A stretch of 58,747 nt of DNA, counting the filler, from Sphacelaria rigidula (lineage: Eukaryota): assembly GCA_964200075.2 (NCBI GenBank). It is 10 parts of 10 records of this genome, joined end to end, with 100 filler letters (N's around TTAATTAATTAA, not from the genome) between each part and the next. Parts side by side here need not be neighbours in the genome. Positions count along the whole stretch, not along the records: positions 35,313 to 41,096 come from CAXNAA020024484.1; positions 41,197 to 46,980 come from CAXNAA020024485.1; positions 47,081 to 52,864 come from CAXNAA020024486.1; 7 more parts are not named here. One strand, written 5' to 3'. A program made the position numbers and the translations under genes. A model generated the notes under the pieces. That model had not been told where the DNA came from. It ran no database searches and worked only from the letters and a program-made list of their open reading frames with translations. This document shows positions 36,491-47,860 of this stretch, piece after piece; the stretch's first letter is position 1; each line of letters starts with the position of its first letter.

Positions 36491-37656
36491 GCGAACCATT
36501 GCGAACCAAGGTGTGGGGGGAGGGGGGATACTCATTTATTGCCTGCCTTAGTCGCTTGAAAATTAATCACTCATCCCTTTCGAGACGGAGCACCGTTCCT
36601 ACTCCTAATAGAGACACCGCTAACATCCAGGCGCTTATTTCGTTTCTTCCATACGTTGCACAAAACCCGTTTACATATCTCATCCCGTCCTGTTTTGTCC
36701 GTCTGTGGCCACCATCTATCTCCTAGTATAACCATCGTTTTCTCGCTTCTGTCTAATACATCACACGATCTAGAAAAAACAGCCGAGGCCTGCCCACTGA
36801 ACCAGGAAAATATTGATTTAATGTTGTATATAATATCAAGCCAGGAAGGCAAATAGCAAAAACGCAATATTTAGAACAAAACTCGAGCAATTACAATATT
36901 TGCATTATAATAGCGTATAATCAGAGATGACTACGAGTACATTGTATTGTACGTTTGATATGTGCTTTTTCATGTTGCGAGTGGTGACTTCAAATAAAAA
37001 CATGTACTCTAAGACTTGGTACGGGAAAGGTGCGACTCCCGTACCATAGGCACAGGGGCCAAGGAGATTCGAGACAGAAAATGTTGTACAATGTGATATG
37101 CTTATTTATACGTATTTTTGGTTGCCGTCGTACTCAGGGCTTTTGATCACTCCTCTTCCTCAGAGCAATCCCGACTTTGCCCCCTGTACCCGCCTGATAC
37201 CATCGTGTTGTGGAATTGTATATTTTTACCCTCACCACGTGTCGACACACGTTTTTTATTACTTTGTCTGCTGCTCACGTACGTCCTCACGCCTTGAAGC
37301 ACGGAAACTTGGAGTAGCTCAAATTGATGGCAACTGTCGAGAGTCGAACGTGCAACCTTGTACCCTTACCGGCTAGTGGTTTTTACAGTACCATTTTATT
37401 TAAGACCGCAGGGGCGTGGCGGCCGCATGAGGATATAGGTGATATATATATATATATATATATGAATGTAAGGACAAGTAACCCTACCAATGAAAATTTG
37501 TAACATGCTTTGTATGTGAATAATGTTAGTAATGTATACTCCGGGATCAAGAGTTGTTAGTTTCGGGGTGATGGACGAAATAATGTTTTTTCTTGAACGA
37601 AGCGGGGAACGAATCGACCCTTACATGAGTACCACCACATTCACGACTACTAACTA

Positions 37657-37875
37657 CCGTTATTGTGCGAGTCATCGCACACCCCCTGGACCGAATTTGA
37701 AAGGTCGATTACTCCATGATGAAGAGGGTGCCAATACCAAACGACGCGTTTTCGGACAGCTATCGACGAGATCTTTTCAGCGTCACCCTATTCAAAACTC
37801 ATGCTCTTCTTGTTGTGGAGTAATCAAGCTTTGAAATTCGGTCCAGGGTGTGTGCGATGACTCGCACAATAACGG
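37657..37875. mobile_element. MITE with ~45-bp TIRs starting CCGT (Tc1/mariner-pogo-like)
   Basis: CCGTTATTGTGCGAGTCATCGCACAC..CCTGGACCGAATTT / AAATTCGGTCCAGGG.GTGTGCGATGACTCGCACAATAACGG. TA is present on the left only, so the superfamily call is uncertain. Confidence 0.75.
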
Positions 37876-38912
37876 ATCCTTCACAAGGGGGGCCTGGGAG
37901 GTAAAAACGTCATGTACCATTCTGGAAATACGACATGAGAGTAGCTTCTCGACGCAAGGGTACACTGAGAATAGAGTCGCTGTTATGTCGCGATAGTACC
38001 GGTTTGTGCCTAAAGGCGCTACGCGAGGGTTCTAGCCCATTGCACATACTGAGTCATTGTCCGTTGAATAATGATCTGCATTTTACGAGCTGGCATGCCC
38101 CAGTGGTTCAGTGGTACATCTTACACTATTAGGTCAGGAAATTGCGGATTCCACTCCCGGTAGATGTGCTTGCTTGTTTCTTGAAGACGTACGTATCTGA
38201 TATCTGTTGTTGAAGACGGCAGTGAGAGTGATAATCTCAGCAGCAAAGAAGGCTTGTTTGACGACCGGGAATCGACGCGCGGTGCAGGTGTGCTGACCCA
38301 ATCCACGATTCCAAACTGCAAGGCAAGTATCGAAGAGAGATGGATCATCGATCCCTTGAGACCACGGACTCGTCCTGGGATTGTGAGGGTTTGAAATCAT
38401 GCCAAGAGAGAGAAATAATCTTGTAAGGTAGCGGGAAACTGGCGATATAGGGGTGCCAATTAGCAAAAGCGATACACGACACACGGTATATATTTCATGT
38501 ATTCGATGTATCCTATCGTCTGGGCACTTGAGACCAATGCAAAACCGCCACTCTTTAAAACGTGGTCAGCCTTCCCGATGACCAGGTCAATTGATCAAAA
38601 GCTATAAATAATTCGATTTTGCAACCAAACAACTGGGGCCGGGGGTGGAGGGGGGGGGTTGCAAGCAGCTGCCGCTTTACAGAACAGGATGCAGAAATTG
38701 TGTTGGGTAGTGGGTAGCAGCGTCAAAACGTTTGCGTTGAAGTGTTTCTCTATGTTGTTGTGCCATAGAAAAATTTAGTTCTACAACACCACTTCAGGAG
38801 GCAGCTTCTACCCCGACGTGTGCAGTCATTGCTCTGTCAGTCACATAGCAGACGGTAGGCAACTTATACAGAAGAATCACAGAGAGGAGCTACTCAATGA
38901 CTTGAAAACTTT

Positions 38913-40358
38913 CAAGGGTAGGTCGAGTAGACTATACTCAACACTCAGTATTTTTGAAGAGTCATACTTTTGGCACTCAAAGTTTGAGTAGAGTATTTGA
39001 GGTCGTACTCAACCTACTCAATTATTGCAGTAGAGTATTTGAAATCATACTCAATCTACTCGAAACTCGATTAGATTATTGAGGTCATACTCAAGTGATA
39101 CTCTATACTCGAGTATTGCTGGGAGTGCTTACTCAAAATTTGAGTAGAGTATTTGAGATCGTACTCGACCTACTCAAAATTTGAGTAGAGTATTTGAGAC
39201 CATACGCAACCTACCCAAGATTTGAGTAGAGTATTTGAGGCCGTACTCGACGTACTCAAAAATTGAGTAGAGTATTTGAGATCATACTCAATCTACTCCA
39301 AATTTGAGTAGATTATTGAGGTCATACTCAAGTGATACTCTATACTCAAGTATTACTGGGAGTGCTTACTCAAAATTTGAGTAGAGTATTTGAGACCATA
39401 CGCAACCTACCCAAGATTTGAGTAGAGTATTTGAGGCCGTACTCGACGTACTCAAAATTTGAGTAAGGTATTTGAGTCCGTACTCGACGTACTCAAAATT
39501 TTGAGAAGAGAATTTGAGGCCGTACTCGACCTACTCAAACGTCTTGTAGAGTAAATACTTGAGTATTTTACTCGAGTACTCAAAAGTGCATACTCTACTC
39601 GACCTAACCTTGAAAATTTTATCGTTTCCATACTAAACCGGCTGGTGAGATAGGGCGCTGGAGCAGGTAGGTTCGTTCACCTGCACGCTTTCTTTATTTT
39701 TTTATGGCCATCATTCGCTCATAGTCGTTGTTGGTTGTGATGTAACGCCGCCCATCTAATTGATGGCCGTCTTTCGCCCATGTATTCAACATAGGCTGTG
39801 AAGTGACGTCACGAAGTCGCCGACTGTCAGGGATACTCACCATACCCAAGTTATATTCTATACTCAAGTATTACTGAGAGTGCTTACTCAATATTTGAGT
39901 AGAGTATTTGAGGTCGTGCTTGACCTACTCAATTATTCAAGTAGAGTATTTGAGACCATACTCAATCTACTCAAAATTTGAGTAGAGTAGTGAGGTCATA
40001 CTCAAGTGATACTCTATACTCGAGTATTACTGAGAGTACTTACGCAATATTTGAGTAGAGTATTTGAGATCGTACTCGACCTACTCGAAATTTGAGTAGA
40101 GTATTTGAGGCCGTACTCGACCTACTCAAAAGTTGATCAGAGTATTGTGGTCATACTCAAGTGATACTATATACTCAAGTATTACTGAGAATGCTTACTC
40201 AATATTTGAGTAGAGTATTTGAGGTCGTACTCGACCTACTCGAAATTTGAGTAGAGTATTTGAGGCCGTACTCGACCTACTCAAACGTCAAGTAGAGTAA
40301 ATACTTGAGTATTTTACTCTAGTACTCAGAAGTACATCCTCTACTCGACCTACCCTTG
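38913..40358 (+). mobile_element. hAT-like non-autonomous element with perfect 8-bp TSD and internal 41-bp tandem arrays
   Basis: TIR CAAGGGTAGGTCGAGTAGA / TCTACTCGACCTACCCTTG; TSD AAAACTTT at 38905-38912 and 40359-40366; 41-bp unit TGAGTAGAGTATTTGAGATCGTACTCGACCTACTCAAAATT (starts 39141, 39182...). Confidence 0.9.
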
Positions 40359-41299
40359 AAAACTTTTAAAGCCACCGATACATTACTCTGTAGTGGCGTG
40401 TGAACACTGCAGCCGCAGCGTCAGTATATATCTCTCTACTGTAGCACATAGATAAAGCTGGTGGTCCGGTATGTGTCAGTTTTGTACTTGATGCAAGATA
40501 TTGCAGTACGAATCTTTTACTGAAGCGCAAGCAAAACTCATGTTCTCTCCCTGCGAGATGGTGAGGGAGCAGTAGGAAGTAGCGCAGGTACGAGTCACAC
40601 AAGATTGATCTTCCGTCAAAAATACATGCTGAGCTTTTGAATAGCAAGCAGCTTCGAAATAGAATCATACTGCCGGGCCGAACACCAGCTACAACTTATA
40701 GCTCCGTGCTAATAAAACCTCAAGATATATGCGCTCCCAACCTTGCTGTATCCGTTAGGTTCTCACTTGCACACAGTAGCGGCCTTATTGGACTCGGTGT
40801 AGTGGTCGTTGCTGTGGCTGAACAGCTTCGTATATTTTTGTTAAAAATCTCACCCTGATTCTCTGACGCTGATTCAATTGATTGATTGTCGCCATTTGAT
40901 CTTGCAGGCTTATTTCTTCTGAGCGGGCAACTGCTGCATAAAACGTAGGCCGGTTCGGGATGTTGTAAAGTATGTATATACTACGGTATTGAACTGAGAC
41001 ATGAAAATACCCCCCCCCCCCCCTTAACCAAGACGAAATACTGTGTATAGATGAAGACGCGGGGTACAAGGCAAAAGTAAGAGATATGATCGAAATNNNN
41101 NNNNNNNNNNNNNNNNNNNNNNNNNNNNNNNNNNNNNNNNTTAATTAATTAANNNNNNNNNNNNNNNNNNNNNNNNNNNNNNNNNNNNNNNNNNNNTTTT
41201 GGGAAAAATCAAACGGGGGGGACCCAAATATGGACAAACCCAAAACCAATTCAAAAACAAAAAAAAAAAACAAAAAAAAAAAAAAAAAAAAAAACGAAA

Positions 41300-41549
41300 A
41301 CAAACACCCATACGTACACACGCGGACCAAAAAACAAGAAAAAAAACGAGCCTCTTGATTTATATACATGATACGTGCCACGCGTGTCCTGATTCAATCA
41401 CTAAAAAACAATCGAAGCTGAGGGGAAAAAAAACAAACGCGAACAAACACCCATACGTACACACGCGGACCAAAAAACAAGAAAAAACGAGCCTTTTGAT
41501 TTATATACATGATACGTGCCACGCGTGTCCTGATTCAATCACTAAAAAA
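41300..41549. repeat. Near-exact direct duplication of ~108 bp (41300-41408 and 41443-41549)
   Basis: ACAAACACCCATACGTACACACGCGGACC...CCTGATTCAATCACTAAAAAA occurs twice. Confidence 0.9.
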
Positions 41550-41745
41550 AGACGCCATTCTCGCCAGACATAAGAGCTAATCTTCCCTCCTTGTGTGGAT
41601 TACACGAATCGCCTTCGCGTTGCCCGCACCACGCCACATGGCACCTATCGTCACAGCTGGGAAACCGCCAAAAATCAAAAGTCGCAGCAACCACTCAACG
41701 CCCCGCTAATTCCTCCCCGATTTTCACACAAATCACACGCCGAAA

Positions 41746-43051
41746 TCAAGCCATGGGAGCGGGCGCCATGATTGGATGAACAGCAACCATTCCATCACCT
41801 CCCCCGACACTATCCTCCTCATCACCCGAAGCGCCTCGGCCGGAGGCCATCATCGCTCCCAGTGGTAGCACTCCGCCCCCCCCCGGCCCGCCAGGGCTTC
41901 CTCCATCCGCCTCGTCACCGCCACCGTAGCTGCTGTCGACACCCCGTCCGCCGCTGTCCGCTCCTCCAACCTCACGGCAACCGCTGTGTGCGCTGCGCTT
42001 AGGGGTGGCAGGATGCCTCAGGACGAACATCGGCGACGACGATGACGATGATAATGACGATGGCGAAGATGTGGATAGACTCATTGGTCTGGAGTCATCG
42101 GCGGCGGCCGCGCCGATGGCAACCGCGTGTGGAATGGGGGAGGAAGTTGAGGACATCATACCCTCATCGATGGTGATCCGGGAAGGAGGCAACAATGAAG
42201 TTGACGACGACGGTGTGCCGTAAAATTCATCCTCGCTCTCGCCTTGCCCTCGCTCCTCACGCTCAGCCTCCGAGACCTCCCCTTCCACCTCCTGACACTT
42301 GTGTTCCACGAATGACGACGTCGATGTCGAGGTTGCAGCCGTCGTGCCGGGACCGACGACGTCATCACAAGACAGCCATCCGGCGAAAGGAGAAGGCGCA
42401 GAGGACCCGCCTCCACTGCCGGAGCTATCGCAGCTGCTCTCGCTACCATGCCTGCAGCCGCCGCTGCTACTGGCATCATCGCCACCCGTCTTCATCGCGA
42501 TCCTCGTCATGGTTATTTCAACATCATCTTCGTGTATCTTCCCACCGTATCTTTCCAGTGCGCGGTTTGTTGTTGACCCGGCTCTGGGAATGGGGACGGG
42601 GTATGACGATGACGAGGGAGGCGACGACCGCCTCGCCCTTGCGCCCGCCGTTGGAGAACAAGCTGAAGTCGAAGGAGAAGTTGCTGTAGAGGTAGCATGA
42701 GTGGCAGTAGTGGTATAACTAGAGGTACACGGTGGGGACGACGACTTGTGTCTGCCCTTCAAAAGGATGCAAGACTCGTCATGATCGTCAGGAGCAGCCG
42801 CGGAAGTCGCCATGTCGTTGTCAGTGCCCAAGCTGTTGTCGGTGTCCAAGCAACAACTCTCCGAAGGGTCAAGGTCTATGGAGCTCATGCCGCCGTCCGG
42901 CTGAGGCAGGGAGTCGTAGTGCTGCCGCTGACGGTGATGTTGGTGTCGATGCGACCCGGGAGGGCCACGGCAGTCGCTTCCGTTGATCATGGCCGGGGAG
43001 AGAATGAGCTCAGCGTCGCCGTCGCGAGCGAGAATTGTCGCAAGGCTGGCT
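41746..43051 (-). CDS. HAD-superfamily-like protein, last exon (domain end plus ~410-aa S/G/D-rich tail)
   Basis: AACAG|A completes a phase-2 ACA codon; ASLATILARDGDAELIL then runs in frame into the 414-aa ORF ending at 41746. Confidence 0.78.
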
Positions 43052-43609
43052 CTGTTACCGTTGAGATTTGCAGAAAGATGAGCAAGGAGACCCCCCGAAA
43101 GAGGGTTTCGTGGGCATTAGGGTACACCGCATGGTGCTGTACGTACACGAAAGATTATTAATTTCTGCGGCATTCTCACATTTTCTCCCAAGTTACATGT
43201 CTTGATAAAAATAAAAAAAATAAAAACTTGAGGGATTATCGTGTATCGCATAGAGGCAGGGTACCAGGTGGGTTTGGCATGTTGTGGAAGGTAAGCAAAG
43301 CGAAAAAATGACAAGAGCATGACGACGGAGCCCGAGTGAACAGAGACTACGCCGTAATGTGCGCTTGTTTGTACGCGAGAAGATATCTGAAACGCCGGTA
43401 CTAACCCGGACCAGACCCTATTTTTCACAGACATTACAATAAAAAAACTGCAGTACGAATGCGAGCTGGTAAAACGAGCAACAAAAACTCTTGATAATTT
43501 TTTGCTCCTCTACAGAGAGCTAGCTCTCCAACGTCCTGCATCATGCGAAAACTTTTCCTCTCTCCCGGGTACATACACTTTCTTCCGGAGTAACGGAAAG
43601 AGAACGTAC

Positions 43610-43818
43610 GTGACGATGTCCAGTTGGGCGGCGAGGGCTTCCGGGTCTGGTCCCATCATGAACTTGACGGCCTTGGCGGCGATGCTGGAGTGCTGGCCCG
43701 ACGCGATCCGCAAGGCCACCTTTTCCTCGTTCGAGTCTCCGATGCTGACAACAATCTTTGGGGTCCAGCGGGGCAGCTTCACGAAGTGTTCATGCATCAT
43801 GTATGCAAACGCTGCAGC
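43610..43818 (-). CDS. HAD-superfamily-like protein, exon B
   Basis: ATACAG|GCT...GTCAC|GTACG, 209 nt. AAAF...IVVSIGDSNEEKVAL...KAVKFMMGPDPEALAAQLDIV contains the HAD motif-IV-like SIGDS..E. Confidence 0.82.
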
Positions 43819-44139
43819 CTGTATAATACGTTTGTCCAAATATATGGCCGGAAGGAGGGAAAATGGGGGGGGGAGGGGAGGGGGGGTAACGGCACTACTT
43901 CAGCTCACGAAGCAGTGACATTTATGTCCACACGCACACACAGTGTCCTGTTATGGGGCACGAAAATAATGACCATGAAATACGGCAAGGGCATGCCCGA
44001 CACGTGAGTCTCCACACTTTTGCTTCACCAGTGTGTCCCCTCGGCGCACGCAGACAAGAAGCGTTCGTATTTCCTCCCCGTCAGCTGTCTCTCCACCACT
44101 GTTTCGGTGCTGCTGCATAGCTCAAGCCAACTTGAACAA

Positions 44140-44400
44140 TTTTTTCGTGAGATCGAAGGTCTGGCATTGATTAATACTAAATTACAATATTCGCTCGAAA
44201 TTTACCAACTTTTCATCTTGTGTGTGGTTTCCTTCACCTGCGCAACTGTCGTGTGCTTACAGTAACACGTCCATATCCTACTCAGGGATATCAAAGACTT
44301 CAGTGGTAAGTTACTATTATACAGCATATCGGGCCTCGTATCAGGCCCGGAGGGGCATTTCGGAACTAAAACTATTGATTGATGGGTCGGTCGATTATCG
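44140..44400 (+). repeat. Dispersed repeat; reverse copy at ~58370-58620, short match at 5714-5735
   Basis: ATATCCTACTCAGGGATATCAA and GTGTGCTTACA appear here and as reverse complements in the last scaffold. Confidence 0.75.
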
Positions 44401-44826
44401 CAAATCAACTGACGGATCCCTAAGGGATACAGCCGCGGTCACAAAACAGACGTATCACGGGTAAAACAAACACACCCTGGACAACAGTTTTCATTGTCAA
44501 AAAATGTACCGTGCACAGTATATAACCCACCGTATATTGTAGTAAGCGCCATAGTTGATACTGTTCCCAGTACACTTTTTGACAGCGAAATATTTTGTCC
44601 CGGGTGTGAAACCGACACGGGAACACTAGCTAAAGTAAGCCTGACAAGGGCAAGACAAAAAGGAACAGGTATAGACTAAGTACGGGAGTCGGAAGTGAAA
44701 GATGACTACCGATCTAGTCACGGTAGTACTCCTTCAATTGCATGGTAGGTTCGATCTATTGAATCTGCATCATGTTGACTTTAAAAAAAACACTGGTGAT
44801 CTGATGCCCACCCATCTCCCACACTT

Positions 44827-45350
44827 CCCGTGGCTCATTTGGTAACCTCTGAACCTTTTGCACACGCGACCATTCGGCTACCCCCCAAATGCCTCCGGAG
44901 GGATGGGATGCGCGGCCCTCCAGAGGCAAAAATAAGCCTCCGGAGGCCTTCAATCCCTCTGGAGGAAACAACAAAAAAATACTCTTCCGGAGGGCCGCGC
45001 ACCCGGAGAGTCGAGAAGTTGACCGCCCTGGAGGAATTTTGCGGGTAGCCAAATGGCCGCGTGTGTGACAGTTGGGTAGTGGGTTCAAATCTCGGAGCGA
45101 TCTGGAATTTCTCTCCACACAGTGCCCAACAGTGGAGAGCGATCTTGTCGAGGGTATACAACATTTGACTTAATCGTCGACGAGGGAAAGGACTGCTAGA
45201 CCCCTCTCGCGATAAAAAATCAAGGCAAGCACCGGAGAAGGAAGGTGGAGAACTAAAACAAACAAGAGAACAAAAAAACTCCTGGGTTGGCCTACATATA
45301 CCGAAAGATAACCGACGTTCAGGATAGATGCAACGACAACACACATACAC
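44827..45350 (+). mobile_element. tRNA-derived SINE interrupted by a CMC-like MITE (intronic)
   Basis: The A-box TGGCTCATTTGG at 44831 is separated from the B-box GGTTCAAATC at 45082 by the 205-bp insertion. Confidence 0.8.
44861..45065. mobile_element. MITE with CACAC...GTGTG termini and 2-bp TSD (TG); CMC/EnSpm-like
   Basis: TIR CACACGCGACCATTCGGCTACCC / GGGTAGCCAAATGGCCGCGTGTG with TG on both sides; removing the element and one TG restores the SINE head. Confidence 0.88.
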
Positions 45351-45404
45351 ACCGTCACCCCCCATCTCCGGAGCGGTCAAGAGGGTGACGACAGGAAGAC
45401 ACAC

Positions 45405-45518
45405 CTTCCAGCAAAGCGGAGACCCCGGGAATTGTCCCTCGAACAGGGTTCGCGCGCTCACGACCGGTATCCCCTCGAGAAGTGGCAGGAGGTTCACGAA
45501 GAACTTTGCGGCACTCAG
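45405..45518 (-). CDS. HAD-superfamily-like protein of the protist uncharacterised type, exon A (gene 5'-partial)
   Basis: GTTGCAG|CTG...TGGAAG|GT, 114 nt, encoding LSAAKFFVNLLPLLEGIPVVSARTLFEGQFPGSPLCWK; splices in frame to 43818. Confidence 0.8.
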
Positions 45519-46005
45519 CTGCAACGACCGCCGGAAGCGAGAACCGAAATGAAGCCAGAGAAAAAAACAACGCACGAGGATATGGGGGGTGAGTAACGAC
45601 AGTCACTATTAGAAGGCAAGAAGATCTCCAACGAGAGCTTAGACCATGACTTGGGCCGCGTCTTTTCGAGACAAGATCAAACAGTGAACGTACTAGTATA
45701 CACTAGTGTAACTCAATTTATATTTTTTCGTCAACTCTCTTGTTCGACTGTGGAAATGGTGGGAGGTTCAAAGGGAGGAGGGGGAGGGGGGGGAGGAGAA
45801 GATTCTCATCTTCTTACAAGAAACAACGAAAACGCCCGCATTGACGTTCGTTAGGCACCGTAATATCAAGATTGAAAAAATGAAATATAACTGAAAATGA
45901 GAATGATATTGGCCGTGCTATCGTCATATACTTCATAATACTGTAGGGATGTTCCATATTCACAGTTCTCGGGGCCATCCTCATCGGGATAAATAATTAA
46001 CCGGC

Positions 46006-46252
46006 GAGTGATGCTGCGATAGGGTCTGCGCTTTTGCGGCCTGAGAGAAAATCGGGATTTAGGCATGTCGAATCACCTTTGACTCTCACCACAGTTCTTA
46101 GAGTCTCAGGGTGGAACATGCATCCATGATCCATGAGATAATTCCAGTCTGAGGTTCGGGCGGAGGTCACAATGTTCTCGATGGAACATTATCCTCGTGG
46201 CTCTCACGCCGGTTTTGGTCCCAAAAGTGCAGACCCTATCGCAGCATCACTC
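46006..46252. mobile_element. MITE with GAG termini and 4-bp TSD (Sola2-like)
   Basis: TIR GAGTGATGCTGCGATAGGGTCTGC.CTTTTG / CAAAAGTGCAGACCCTATCGCAGCATCACTC; TSD CGGC/CGGC. A related end, GAGTGATGCTACGGTAGGG, occurs at 11607. Confidence 0.8.
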
Positions 46253-46518
46253 CGGCCTAGGTGTCAAGTTCACTTGAAACACGACTGACATGGCATTTTG
46301 GTCAGGGGTGTGTCGTCCGAGCCTTGCATACATATTTCCAGTAAAAATGATGAAAATGGATATTCAGCGCGTGACCATCCCCTGTAGGTCAAAGGGGTTT
46401 GATCGCCAGGGTAGCCCGTTTGTTGAATCGGCTCGGCGTTCACTTGAGAGAGGAGTTCATAACCCGGCATACACAAACTCCGGCAGTGACGAGTGAAACC
46501 GTGAAACTCTTCTACTGA

Positions 46519-46709
46519 GGCCGTGTCTCATCAAAACAAATTCGACCCGAAAACATACGGGGGAATCGAATTTGCTCGTACCTGATACGTCCACGGCATT
46601 CATGTTCTCAAACCATTCAAGAAAGGAAGTAGCGTGGACAAATCAGAGAACGAGCGAATTCGATTCGATCGCACGTTCTCGACACGAAACAATTTGATCA
46701 GACACGGCC
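46519..46709. mobile_element. MITE with GGCC termini and 3-bp TSD TGA (PIF/Harbinger, Tourist-like)
   Basis: GGCCGTGTCTCATCAAA / TTTGATCAGACACGGCC flanked by TGA on both sides, with further internal complementarity. Confidence 0.8.
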
Positions 46710-47217
46710 TGAGTTAGCATCAATATCACTTGAAACACGGTCGCCACTGTACCCGGCAGCCCCCCTCTACTGAATCGGCATCACTTTCGCGTAGAATATG
46801 AGGAAGGTTCAAATTTCCACATAAGGGCACTGAAAGGGTTAACCCTTTTGGGACCGGGCCTCCAGAACGACCAATGAGGCTGGTCAGAAATGACGTGTCT
46901 GGCGTCTAAACAAAACAGTGAAGTGTTGCTGAAAATCCGCGTATATAACTACAGGGCTATGACGAACACCGAAACGTTCANNNNNNNNNNNNNNNNNNNN
47001 NNNNNNNNNNNNNNNNNNNNNNNNTTAATTAATTAANNNNNNNNNNNNNNNNNNNNNNNNNNNNNNNNNNNNNNNNNNNNCTGTAGGCGCGCCATGTCTG
47101 AGATGTCACGCAGACGAGACCTCCAGCGCGCCAAGGCGTCGCGCTTGTAGAAAACGTCAAAGTTCCGGCTGAGGTTATTGTACTCTAAAATCAAGTGAAC
47201 CGGTCCTCGACAGAAAA

Positions 47218-47860
47218 ATGCGATTTCACTGCTCAATTTGAAGTTGTTTTTCATGAAATTTTGACACGATACACATGGGGTATATGTGGAGCCCCTACCG
47301 CTTGCCCCTCTTTTGATTTTATTTTTCTCGTCTGTTATTGGTGATCTCAATTTCGAAACAACTTTTCCTGGTACGAAATCGTCGACAACTCATTGAGGAG
47401 GAAAACAAATGTCAAGGGGGGACAATGCGGACTTCACAACATACCTCATGCGCATCGTGTCGAAATTTCGTGAAAAAACACTTGAAATTGAACAGCATAA
47501 CCGCGTTCCACTTTTTCGTGACTGGTAATTCTCCACATAGGAACCAGTCTTGGACACGAACACGCGATTTAGCAGCTTAATTTCGGGTCGTTTCCTATGA
47601 AATTTTGACACGATGTACAGGATGTTATGTGCGAAGACGCCCCCATTTTCCCCGTACATTTTTTTTTTTTTCTTCCTCCGTGAGTTATCGGTGACCAAAC
47701 ATTTTAGAACCGTTTTTTCGGAACAAAATCGTGGATAACTCTGAAAAAAAAGGGGGAAATGTACGGGGCAAATGGAGGCGTCTTCGCACATACGTTCTGA
47801 ACATCATGTCAAACTTTCATAGAAAGCGACCCAAAATTGAGCTGCTTAATCGCGTATTCA
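47218..47860. repeat. Two tandem ~300-bp palindromic units
   Basis: Unit 2 arms 47560-47660 / 47757-47855 (ATGTGCGAAGACGCC / GGCGTCTTCGCACAT); unit 1 arms ~47218-47300 / 47415-47505. Both units share ATGAAATTTTGACACGAT. Confidence 0.75.

Noticed and set aside
38913..40358. CRISPR-like look of the palindromic ~41-bp repeats (also 56615-57246 and 24647-26519)
   Set aside because: Units abut without unique spacers, are degenerate, and are bounded by TIRs and a TSD; there are no cas genes and the context is eukaryotic.
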